Assembly: GCA_905331295.1 (NCBI GenBank)
Contig: CAJNYD010000062.1
Span: forward strand, 124,001 to 188,000
Source of the DNA: Rotaria socialis
Lineage: Eukaryota
Direction: 5' to 3'
Length of the DNA: 64,000 nt
Positions 41,941 through 59,409 of the stretch are shown piece after piece. A program made the translations under genes and the position numbers. The first letter of the stretch is position 1, and the number at the start of each line of letters is the position of its first letter. Under the pieces are notes generated by a model. That model was not told where the DNA came from, made no database searches, and worked only from the letters and a program-made list of their open reading frames with translations.

Positions 41941-43077
41941 AAATTCAAATTGTCTTGTACTTGATGTAAGTTTCATTGTATTTGATTAAATAACCATTTT
42001 TACAAAAAACAACAAAATAACATATTTTAGTTAGCTTTATAATTACGTATGATAATTATTGATAATGAAACACAATTATATGGTTGGTTAAAAAATTTAA
42101 CAGTTTATAGTTCAAATTTGGCTGAATTAAGAGATTCGAATGATTCTGGATCAAAAATAAAATATCGTGTAAGTGTTAATAAATACTTCATTTATTCTAT
42201 TATTGAACTTTTTCTTAAGATTTTACAACCAGCTAAAGTTGATATTTTCTTATCCATGAATAATGAACAACAAAAAATGGATGTACGAATATCAGATATT
42301 ATTGTTAGTATTGCACCAGCTGCTATTCGTACTCTTATTGATGTCACAAGTTCATTAGGAACATTACAGGTTAAAACAAATAAGCTATCAAATTTGCTTG
42401 TATTATTATTTGTTGTAATTTTTAGTCAATTACCAAAGATGAAACGGAAAAAATTAATTCAAAATCATTATTTAATCCAAAATCAATTAAAGATGGAAAT
42501 TTTTGGTTTACAAAAGGTTTCATTAAATATTTTCATAGAATTTAATCAATAAATTTATTGAATAGATTTTGAAAAACAAGCGCAAGAGACTGATGAATCA
42601 AACACCACTCAAGATGCTTCATCACAACAGAAAGCTATTAAACAGGAAGAAAAGAAAATTAAAGAAAATGAAGAAATACAAACACCATTAGCACAAAAAG
42701 TATTAAAATAAAAAACCAAAGAAACGATTTTTTTTACCGAATATAAAATTTTTTTTTTAGTTATTTTTAACATTGGAAACAATTGAAATAAAACTTGAAG
42801 TTGGATCAGGTTCAGTAACAAAATCTGTTGTAGCTATGTGCTTATCAAATTTAACTGCTGATGTTCAAAATTGGCCATCGAGTGTAACAAATTTTTTATC
42901 TTAATTCATTTTTATTTTATCTTTTCATTTATTCAGGTGAGTCTTGTATCAACAGTAAATATTGAAGCAGCATTATACAATGAAAATATGCTTGCTTGGG
43001 AGCCACTTATTGAACAAACCATTGATTCTGAAGATGCACGTCCTTCACCATGATGTATTACATGCTCAATTTTACCT
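41938..43077 (+). pseudogene. VPS13: Intron-containing internal fragment of a VPS13-family gene
   Basis: Spliced fragments SNSNCLVLD|LAL*LRMIII...ILQPAKVDI...IIVSIAPAAIRTL...NFWF...ETIEIKLE...ADVQNWPSS|...AALYNENMLAWEPLIEQ...SP*CITC. 'YNE...WEPLIE' is characteristic of VPS13. Stops at 42040-42042 and 43051-43053; no gene start or end. Confidence 0.78.
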
Positions 43078-44699
43078 GTAACAATATAAATTAGGAGTCT
43101 TTCTCAATTAGTATCTTTTTATACAATTTCTAATAAATCAATAATGTAGAAGTATTTTAATGAAAAAATCTTTTATTTTATCATAATATGGGAATTTTCG
43201 ATCTTAAGCGATTATTTTCAATCCTACAACCAAAAAGCTTTAAACAGATGTTAAAAAGACAAAAAAGTACAGGCAAAGATCTATTTGTTGACTGTATGAA
43301 CTCATTTTTCAACATTAAAAACAAAACAGCATAAACATGAACAACATAATCTGGATATTCTCTCATAAATCAATTGTAATTTAAGATAATTCAATGGAAT
43401 GAAAATGTGTGTAATTCATTGGAATCATCATAAAATAACAAATAAATTTATTCCATAAACCTGTATACCTACTTTTATATAACTCATGTATGTATTTCTA
43501 CTTTAAATAATTATCTTATTTATGAAATATTTCAAATTATTAATTAATCATAAAATGATTATTGATATTAATTTATGTTATCAATTCGTAAAAATTATAA
43601 AAACAAATGATAATGAGAAATTTTTAAAAAATCATTATGAAACTGTTTTAAAATTAATGAAACAGACTACAATTAATAAATAAAATTATTGAAATTTACT
43701 ATGGTTTTGTTGAACAAACATCATCATTAGTATTGTATCAAGAAACACGAAAAATTTATCAATATGATTTAAATAAAAAATTAATAAACCAATTTCATTC
43801 ATATTTATTTATAGAGTTATTTATTAAGAAAAACAAATAATCAACAAGATATTATTGATTATTTTCTTGATTATATTATTATTGAAGGAAAAAATTCGAA
43901 TATGATTTTGTTATTAAGTGATAATAATCAAAATATGTTAGAGAAAATTAATTTATTAAAATCGGAAAAAGGAAATTCAAATCAAAGAAAAAATGATAGA
44001 AAATGATTTCGAATTAATACAACATGTTTATTAAGATATATTATCTAAGATTGATGATAAACAGATTTTGGTAAGAAGTTATTTTTTGAATTAATTATTA
44101 AATAGTTCACAATCTTCTTTCAGTACAGGATTTCCGATGAGAAAGTGACTTTGTCCTCCGAAAAATATTGAAATTTCTGCGAAATTTTTTACTGTCTTGT
44201 GGCAAATACCGACCGAAAGGTAATTTTAGCTATTCTTCTGTCAGATATTCATACGAAAATACTTTCTCTCAGAAGACATAACAGAAATAGATATGCATCA
44301 GTCTTTATCGGTCTAGTACTAAATTGGACTGGTATCTAGATGGACTAATGATCCTTTCAATAATTAACGTGTAGGACTGGTACTCACGAGAGAAGCTCTT
44401 CAGATGCCAAATCACTTATCGACCGAGACAATGTTCATTTGATAAGTAATAGAAAATTCTGAAATCGTTTGCTTTTTCGAGCCTTCGTTTATCGAAATTT
44501 AACTGAATTTTTCAATAAAAAAATCATGCTGAAATATCGTCTTTCGCCTTCAAAGTTCGTACGGGTAAAGTTCTCAAGAAGATTAGTTAATTGTACAAGT
44601 TTTACCTTGACTATAATAGTATTTTCTTTTTTGGAGATATAAATTTTGCTTTTTCACATGAGAGCTTTTTCAAATATTCAATATATCGGGATATGAGAT

Positions 44700-45072
44700 A
44701 CTAAAACTGGTCTTCTATTATGTTGCAGCGTAAAAATTTTCTAGGGGGGTCTTGTATTAAGAACCGCATTTTTTTCTAATATCTAATTAAAAAGGTTTTC
44801 CAGAAAACTAAGGTGATTTTCAGGATTTCCATCAGGATTTTCAGGGTTTTAAGGGTGGCATTATAATTGTGAACACATTCCCTTGATATTTACAGCTTAA
44901 AATGCTAAGAATCAGGCATATTTTGACGAAAAAATGCTAATTAAAGTTCGTAATTAGTAAAAAATTAATTAATTAAAGGGGGTCTTCTATTATGTCTGAC
45001 AAACTTTTTCTTCAGGGGGGATCTTCTAATATCGAGGAGGGGGGGGACATTAAAAATGAAAGGATCGGAGTA
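44700..45072. mobile_element. Possible partial pogo/Tc1-type non-autonomous element end
   Basis: Repeated GGGGGTCTT(C/G)TATTA-like motifs (~44709, 44744, 44978, 45015) ending in GGATCGGAGTA; no matching left terminus found. Confidence 0.3.
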
Positions 45073-45211
45073 AATGAATATTGGCATTAAATATTTCATT
45101 CATAGATTTATTTTCTTCGCATAGATTAACGAGTGGGAGGAAAACATAAGTAGCCTTCGTGCTGATATCATATATTGTATTTTCACATGTTCAAGTCTAT
45201 TATTTCAGGTG

Positions 45212-47481
45212 TTATATTTTCCAGTGTACCAGAACAAAATTTCTGTTTCGATTGAAATAGATTATAACGTACCTGTTTTGTTTACCAATGGACGGTGAAT
45301 CATTGCTTGAAGTAATCAAACTAGTTGATTCCATTGATGTCTGTTTGACTCGACTAATGGAATCTAATTGTTCAAGAAATAAAATAGTAACAATTAATTG
45401 TTTCTTTTCTTGAATATCAATTACCATTGATTATTGTTGATGGACTAATTAGATCATTACGATCAAGTAATGATGCAATTCGATTCCAACGTTGTTCACG
45501 TTCTTCATATTCATCATGAACCTCTGCCAATCGTTCTCTACATAAAATAAAATTTCATTGCAAAATAAGAAACAACACAAACAAATATCAGTCACTAACT
45601 TGGCTGCGTTAATTAATTCACTAATATTATCCATACAACCTGTATGAGCAATACGTACAGCACCAAAGAAACCTTTTTGCATTTTTGAAATTTTATTCAT
45701 CTAATCATCTTAACATTTAATTCATTGAAATGTTTTGAATAAATCTCTACCTGATCTTTAGCAGTTAGCATTGCAGTTTCAGCTGATTTACGTTTTTGTT
45801 CAAAAGCTGTTTCTTCAATATGATAGGTACGTTTAAGTAAATCAATTAATTCAGGTGGTGCTTCATATGATTGATGACGAGCATGTTCTTCTGCTTTACG
45901 TAAAGCTATACGTAACTATTTAAAAAATAATAAATTTAAATGAGAAAAGTTTTGTTGTTGACATGTATAGATCAAATACTTGTTCAATTTCTTGAACAGC
46001 TAAACGAAGTTGTTTATCATTATCAACTGTTGTGTCACGACGTTTTCGATATTTTTCAGCTTCTTCCTACGCAGAAACAAAGAGGATGAATTAGAACAAT
46101 ATATTAAAATGAAAATTAACCCACGTGAAATATTTAAAGTTAAATTAATAATAAAACTAGTGGAAATATCTTTTGACACTTTATCAAAAGATCTTCACAA
46201 GTAAATTATTCATTAAATAACATTTACTTTTTCTCTGAATTAAGTAAAAATATTTACTACTTACTTTAGTTCGTTGTACTTCAAGAAACCAAGAATTTAA
46301 CAGTCCTCGATCCACTTTTGATTTATCTTGTAATTCATTCTCCATAGTTTTCATTCTATATCAATTGAAAATGATTTTTATTAAGAAGAATTTTCACTGT
46401 ATCCTTACTTTCCAGTTACAGCAATTAAATCACATCCAGCTTTTTGTAATGATTCAAGTTCTCGTAACATCATATTCATACTTTCTTGTGTTTTACGATG
46501 CCGAATAAAAGCATATAGACAGGCACCAATCGATACTAATAATGCTGATATTAAAATTATATCTTTAATATAACTATGTGTTCCTAAATTAGTCAACTGT
46601 GCGTTTTAGATAGAAATACTACACAAATAGATCACATACGTTGTGGTGGACCAAATAAAACTACATCTGTAGCTTTAATAATTAAACGTCGTTTATGTCT
46701 TGGATCACGTATTTGCATGATTGTTGAAATATATTGCTTGTCGTTTGTTGCTAATCTACAAAAACAAAAACTAATAATTAATAAAAGAAAAAGAAAAAGA
46801 AAGTCAACCTTGGAATCATTCGACCATCAATTTGATTTCGACGAAAATATTCAACATAAGCTGATAAATGAACATGATTAACAACCCAACGAATGACTTC
46901 ATCATTCGTCCAGTTATAAACTTAAGAAAGAAACAAAATATTTTATTTGTTGTGTTTTTTCAAGAATACAAACCTGGATTATTTTTCCATTGTGTCCATA
47001 AATCATCAAATGTTATTTGTAAATCAGCATTTTGAAAACGACGATGTCGTATTGAATCAGTTTTGGATTCTAATTCTTCATGAATGAACTAATAAAAACG
47101 TTATCGTCTTTAAACAATATATTATGTGATAAAAACAAAAGCATATTTTACATCACGACTTTCAGATGCTTCAATCAGTCCATCTTTATCATCATCCATT
47201 TGCTCATGTATTGTTTTAATGGCTTGACGGCCAAGTCGTTCTTTATCAGCATCCGTACATAAATTAAATACACCAGTACAATCTTTTAAATAATCAAAAA
47301 ACATTTAACATTAGAATACTAAAACAAAACAAAACAAAACAAAACAAAACAAAAAAGAATACTAATAACCTGGATCAGGAATATTGTAAGCAACACTGTT
47401 ATTATTATTATTTTTTTTATTCGATGTACCAGATGCGAATAAATTGATAATTAGAATAAAATAGAAAATAAATTGGTTCAT
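45212..47481 (-). CDS. STIM1: Stromal interaction molecule (ER Ca2+ sensor), ~12 exons
   Basis: Signal peptide; EF-hand IHEQMDDDKDGLIEASESRDF; SAM VYNWTNDEVIRWV...IDGRMIPRLA...KATDVVLFGPP; TM IILISALLVSIGACLYAF; coiled coils; CAD/SOAR-like KMQKGFFGAVRIAH...EREQRWNRI. The 3' end is approximate. Confidence 0.93.
47321..47350 (+). repeat. (AAAAC)6 microsatellite in the first STIM intron
   Basis: Direct reading. Confidence 0.9.
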
Positions 47482-48656
47482 TTGACTATATCAATCTGAA
47501 ATGTGTAAAAGTGTGTATTCTACTTTTTTCTTTTCTTTAAGAAGCACGACGATTAGCATCATTGATTTGATGATATATGTCTTAACTTGATAAGAAAAGA
47601 ATTACAGGTGAAACTGCATTAAATGTCAATTCATAAAAGGACAATCAAAAAAATATAAGAATCACTAGAAAGAAAAAGAAATAGTTTTTTTTTTGCTTTT
47701 TATCGGTCTATGAATGTTACAAGAGTCCTGAATCAATATCGATAGAAAGAGCACCTCGTTTTCATATTTTTATATTCTTCCAATGTTAGTATAATAATAA
47801 ATATGCCAAAATGATAGACGATTTTCAATAGAATAAAATAGAAAAGAAAAATATTAATAGGAGTAATTAAGATTGCTATAAATATCTTGATTGAAAAAAA
47901 TGATTATAGAAATTCCGTCATAGAGAATAGTTTCCGTTAGACGTAAACCTGTATAGATAGCAAGAATATTTTTATTATTGTTTTGACCATTTTTTTATTT
48001 TCTAAGCTCATTTTCTATGAGAATAACGTGAGAGAAAAACAGTACGTAGAGAGAACGACGAATCAATAGAATAGATACTTGTAGTTACCAGCTGATGCTG
48101 CCTATTACCTTTCATGCGTAGCTCGCATTTTTTATAAACACATATAATAAATTTTCCTATCTTCTATAGATGTAACTGAATACCATACGCACATACTTCT
48201 TGTAAGAAAAAAAACAGAGATAATTACGTACGCCGAACAATTGTAAACTCTACATATACAAATGTAAATTATCATAAATCGAATTTAAAGAAAAGTATTA
48301 ACCAACAAACATATCAATCCAATGTCATAATATAATGGTTAAATAAATGACTATTTGAAAATACAATATGGTATTTCTTGTGTAACCGCACTAGTAGAAG
48401 TAATGATTGATTGATTGATTTTCCTTATTCACATAGAGAATAGAATGAATAGCGTGAGAATATTCTATGATTCATCGGCTTATTATCAGTTGACAATGAC
48501 GATCCAATGAAATCGATTTTTCGGTGAAATTTATTATTGGATGATTAGTAGAGCCTCTGACAATCTATATTGTTTTTTGAGAGTATCCATCTTTATTTTC
48601 AAAGCAAACTTTTTTTTATTGTATTTCGTTCAAGTAGATTATCTCAAAAAGAAAAA

Positions 48657-51600
48657 ATGTCACTCTACGATGATGAAATACTTGAACCAACGAAAGACGG
48701 TGGTACAAAAGGTTAATAAAAAATATTGAAAAAAACACAATATTTTTCTTTATCTTTATCTTTATCTATTTCTATTCATTTTAATTCTCATTAGTTGGAG
48801 CTTGGTCTGATTCAATTAAATTACTTCAAGGGCCTATTCATGCTAAAAAATTTCATCAACAACAGCAACAACTTAAAGTAAACGATACTGTTGCAATCAT
48901 TATTTTTGTTTTGTGTATATTAATCATCGAAAATTTTTAGAAAGATCTAACAAAAACTGTAGTTGGACCTGTAGCTGATCTACGTAAAAAACGAGCACCG
49001 CCATTACCAAGGCATACAAATGCTGAAGTTACATTTAATAGTATTACTGGAAAGGTTAGGATTTTTACTTCGAGAAATTTTTGATCATTATCTCAATTTT
49101 ATCTAAGATGGAACTACGTGATAGCGCTTCTCAACTACAAGATACAAATGGACCATCACCTTCAGTCACAGCATTAATTCAAAATATAACATCAAATATA
49201 TCTGTATTTGGTTATACAGATGAATATGATCCATTGAGACCAAATGATTATGAAAAAATAAAAGAACAACGTAAACGTGAACAAACTCGACGTGATCGTG
49301 ATTTAGAGCGTCAACGTCGTAATGATGATGAACCAAAAGGATTATATGACGAAGATTATGAAACTGATGATAAGGATGATTATAATCGAGAATCAAATGA
49401 TCGAGTAACACGAAAAGGAAATGTTTTTGCACCGCCTTCATCATTAATTGAAGAAGATAAACGAGCTAGCAGTAGTACCCAAAATGAATCAGGTAGATTT
49501 AAAAAAGAAATCGATGTCTGTTGAAATTACAAAATACTACATTTTTCTCATAGATACAAAAGATGATTATGCATCATTACCAGTATGGAATTCAGATGAA
49601 CCTATTGAAGATATGGACACTGAAAGTTCAGGACCAAATCTTAGTTTTGGATCAACCAAAGGGTATTTTATCGTTTATTTATTGATTTTTACTATCTAAA
49701 ATAGTAAAAAGTTTCAGAATAAAATTTAAATAATTCAAATTCAAAAAACTACTAGATTAATTCAAATTTTTTTGATACAAAATATTTCACAGTACACAGT
49801 ATATATGAAATCTAGTTAAAATCTTTCTTGTGATCAGTACGTGGTTGGTAATATAAAATGTTAAAGACTTTTCTTAATTCTATAATTCAAATAGAATAAA
49901 TGGCTAGCGCTTATTAATAAGCATTGCTTTATCAAAAGATCAGTAGTTGTACTTAGAGATGAGTGATGTTATTTAGTATTTGTTAATCATTGAACAAAAT
50001 CTACATAGTTTCCAAGTGATTAGAATTAAATATGATCGGTACTAATTGATTAACAACAAGAGAGCAGACACTCGTTTTCATGCTAGAAATCTTTGAATAT
50101 TACAATAAATTATTATAGTGTCTTTTAAAGAGCACTGGTAAACTGAAAATATGGTTAGAAACGATGAGAATCATATCTAGATCACAGAGCTATTTTGTAC
50201 TAAAATGACGCACATTGTTGTGATTTCTATTAATTTGCGATAAACAGATACACTTGATTTTTTAATGATAGAAATCAGTTCGTTCGGCTTGATTATTAAA
50301 CAAACTGAAATCAACTCATGAGTATCCTAAAATATCAAGAGTTTGGCAATGAAGTGATATTGAGATATGAGAAAATCAATTTAAGTTTTACTCTTAGAAA
50401 TTGTGACTACGAGAATACTTTTCCTTAACCCATAAGTAAGCATTTTATAGTTTGAAGCAGACTGTCTGATGAATCATTCTTCACAGGAGTTCAAATAGAA
50501 ATATTTAAGACTAGAATCGGAATAGAAATGGCTTAATACTTTAAATCGATAGATATTAGACTAAGTATTGGATCTTTAATTTTGTTTTGATGATACATCT
50601 CAATAGCTAATAAATAGAGTAGACAATCATCATGTTTATTTTGTGTTTCTGATCTGAAATATCAACTCAAATGATAACGATCAATGTTCTATTTTCAGTG
50701 CTGCTGCTGTTGCTAAAATGATGGCAAAAATGGGTTATCGAGAAGGTCAAGGTCTTGGTAAATCTCAGCAAGGTATGAGTTCAGCATTAATTGTTGAGAA
50801 AACTAGTAAACGTGGTGGAAAAATTCTACATGAAAAAGAATTATCATCGAAAGGTAAGCAATAAATTAAATCGTAAAAATTGATCATCTATTTTATTTCA
50901 ATATATTTTAGATTCAATTTTATTTCCACCACCATTAATACCACCACCTCCTCCTCCTCTTTCTCTGCCAATAATGGTATCTCCGTCTGTTATGGCCCCG
51001 AAAGGTGATTCCGGTATAAATATAGCTGTTGAATTAAAAGGAGCAACAAAAGTCATCTTACTGAAAGTATTTAAATAACTTAAAAACAACATCAGATCTA
51101 TTACATATTTCTCTTTTAAGAATATGGTTGGGCCTGGTGAAGTTGATGATTTACTTGATAGTAAATCTTTTTTTAGATTTCATTTCAAAGAAATACAAGC
51201 CTGTTAATTTTCATATAGGTGAAACAAAAGAAGAATGTCAAAAATATGGTGAAGTCGAAAAATGTCTAATCTATGAAGTATGTTTAAAAAAAAGAAGTTT
51301 TATAGCTATTTATTATGAATTTTAAATTATAACAGATTCCTGATGTACCCGAAGATGAAGCTGTTCGAATATTTGTTGAATTTAAACGAGTTGAATCTGC
51401 TATTAAAGGTACGTCGCCTTATATCTATGCAGTTGAATTGTTTCTTTCGATCGGAATTCTCTGTTACCGGGTTCGAATCTTCGTTGAGGAATCTCTTTGC
51501 TATGATGATTTAAATGATAGGTATGATACAAAAATAAGTGATTCCATATCATAGAGCCAAAACTAATTATCTGAGCAAAGTTATTTATTAATTTATTATT

Positions 51601-51716
51601 TTATAAATTTAGCTGTTGTCGATATGAACGGAAGATACTTTGGTGGACGTGTTGTCAAAGCAAAATTCTACAATGTAGACAAATTTCGTCGATTTGATTT
51701 GGCTGATGATTCTTGA
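48657..51716 (+). CDS. RBM17: Splicing factor 45 (SPF45/RBM17), multi-exon
   Basis: MSLYDD start; WSDSIKLL; SF45 motif DEYDPLRPNDYEK; G-patch KMMAKMGYREGQGLGKSQQG; UHM KVILLKNMVGPGEVDD...ETKEECQKYG...VRIFVEF...MNGRYFGGRVVKAKFY...DLADDS*. Confidence 0.96.
51495..51580 (+). ncRNA. Candidate intronic box C/D snoRNA (last intron of RBM17)
   Basis: 6-bp terminal stem CTTTGC/GCAAAG; box C ATGATGA (51502-51508); D' ATGA (51523-51526); C'-like GTGATTC (~51538); box D CTGA (51571-51574). The D' guide AATGATAGG is complementary to conserved 28S CCUAUCAUU. Confidence 0.65.
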
Positions 51717-51835
51717 CAAGAAACATTTTATTTGCCTCAAATGCTTTATGTCTTGTACATTTTATGTGTTGACTAAAAAGAAAACTGAGAATACAAACGT
51801 TTGAGGACCATTGTTTTCTTTCTTTCTTCCAGATT

Positions 51836-56851
<5,016 letters not shown>

Positions 56852-58972
56852 ACTTCTTATTTTATAAATTTTGTGAAATTTTTCATCAAACACTAATTTA
56901 ATTTAACTTATCAATTTGAAAACAACAATCAAATGTTGTCCATTTTATATAATTGTTAACATAAGAGTTCTGCAGAATACTTGTTGCTTTTCAGAAGAAC
57001 AAAATTTCTGTGCGTTCATTCCTTTTGCAAGTTCATTCAAAAATATTTTTTATCAAAATATATCTCAGTTATCGTTTTCATGCAAATATTAAAAACAGAT
57101 TAAATTTCTTTACAACGAAAATTTCGTTGCGATATGAAAGTTATTTCATTGAAACACTCCATAAAAATGAATGAATGTACAATGTTTGTTTCATTCGTTA
57201 TTATTCGGAGTTCAGCTTGTGAATAAATTTGCTTTTTTTTATGAGTATCGTGATAATTCACAATACATTCAACTGAATTATTTCAAAAAATACGTTTCTC
57301 TATTGTTCTATAATTTCAGGATATGACATTGATCAAAATTTATAATCAATCAAAGTATAAAACTATATACACTATAGGATGACGATGAGCACTTTTAAAT
57401 CATAGTTCAACTATAGTAAACAGCATTAGGCTTACAAAAATCTGCCAATAAATATCATCATCTGTGAGTATTCTACTTCGCTTTGGAGTAACATTTTCAG
57501 CTCGATAATAGAATTAGACATATTATCAATGTATTTTGTCGAGTTATTATCTTAATTCTTAGCAGTGTTACCAACGAATAATTTATTGGCATCAACAAAT
57601 GAAATCTGAAGTTGGATGAGCTTCTCTTAGAAGTATTCGAACTCATTATCGAGAAAGTTAATAGAATGCTTCAGCTCTATCTGTAGATATGATCAGCGAA
57701 TTGAGTCTTCTCCCGTCATCCATTGTAGTTTTTTCTGATTATACTACCAGAAAAATCGTATTATTGGACATGAGAATCATTCTGAAATATTTGAAAGAAC
57801 ATAAATACATACATATTAAATATTTCTCGTGAAAAATCTCATTCTAACAAAGTATAAGACATGAGATTCAACAATTTATATTCGCGTGTTAAAATCAATC
57901 TGAATCAATAGATTTCTTAACTCAAACCGAATATAATGTTCAAGATCGTATAATATTTTTTCAAAATCTTTAACTCATACATACAATTCTTTCGTGGTTT
58001 TACTGTTAACATATAATTCAATTGAAAAAAAGGAATTCGTTTTCGCAAACAATAAATCTATGAAGTAATAAAATGCAATAATAATAAGTTGATCAAGTAT
58101 ATAATTCACGTATTCTATAATCATAGGTTATACTCGAATCACTATATGATTAAGTCATTTGATCAAACTTCTGAGTTCATTATTCGAAATAAATTTGAGA
58201 TGAGTGATGAAATCATAGAAATAAAAATTCTTGTTCGAATTTGATTGTGTGATAAAATATTCAATTAAAACTTTTTCTTGATCATCTAACTCTTATAAAA
58301 GAAAAAGAAACAAAAATTTGATAAATATAGATTATCTTAACATCAATTCTATTTCGTAATCTATTTTTCTTTATTTTTTGTACGCTATTTCAGACATATC
58401 AATAGGAAGAAATCGTATTGAAATAGTCTTCTTTAAAATAGATTACTCATTCAAATTAGTTGTCATTTTTGCATGTAAAAAACACTGAAATAAAACAAAT
58501 ATCTATAACTGTCTTGTCATATATATATATATATATACGTATATATGTATATGCATTCTTCTCGTACCAACTGAATATGATAAATCGAAGCTGACAAGAC
58601 CATCCACCGATGAGCGTAAGGAAGCCTAGGTTAATGTTACTTATCATTAGATTGACTCGAAAGAAAAAAGATACGCTTACTACACTCGTTTATGATTTTA
58701 AAAAAATATATATATATTGTGAATTGACGATGGGCGTGGACCATTGCCCATTAATGGACGATGTAAGGAAGGAGTTTCTCACCTTCTCATCGAACACGCA
58801 TTTATCACGGTCCAATGATTAGTTATTTTAACGTTGAATATTGCGTGCAAATATATTCACATCAGTTCACTCTTACGTGTGTGAAGTATCGCCCAGAGAA
58901 AAGTACATAGTAAAAATTGTTACACGCGTCATCCGTTCAACTGAACTATCATTCGATCAATAGATAACTGTC

Positions 58973-59377
58973 ATGGCATTACTTGAAGATCCAACAATTC
59001 AACGTATTCTTAATGAAGTTAATAAAGCTGCGACTGGTGGAGTGTTTGGTTTCGCTGGGAATTACATAGCTGATTCACCGAAACCGACAACACCAATGCA
59101 ACCATTAAAAGTTAATAATTTTTACACTCAACAGCAACAAACACCGCTTTTTTATCCAACACCGGAAATGTTTGGCATTGATGATGTATCAAGTTTTGAT
59201 CAAAATCTTGATTTAAATGGATCAGAATCAATGATACCTATAGCTACTCCAAATAATTTTGATGTCTACAGTTCAGGTTATTACAATTCATTGCCGCAAA
59301 ATATTATGTCACCGTATGAAAATTATAAAAACGATATGTTAAATAGTAGCAGTAATAATAATAATAACAATAATAAC

Positions 59378-59409
<32 letters not shown>

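Noticed and set aside
43370..44075. Extremely AT-rich stretch with exon-like pieces
   Set aside because: May be another decayed gene fragment, but no identifiable product.
50588..50657. Second possible C/D snoRNA in the long RBM17 intron (TGATGA...CTGA, ~40 nt before the acceptor)
   Set aside because: Weak terminal stem, no clear C'/D' boxes, and no rRNA complement that I could recognise; worth a snoscan run but not supportable by eye.
51467..51491. CCGGGTTCGAATC, a tRNA T-arm/B-box-like fragment
   Set aside because: No cloverleaf or A box; may be chance or a tiny relic.
57300..57800. Possible hAT-like transposase remnant on the minus strand
   Set aside because: Too degenerate to support.
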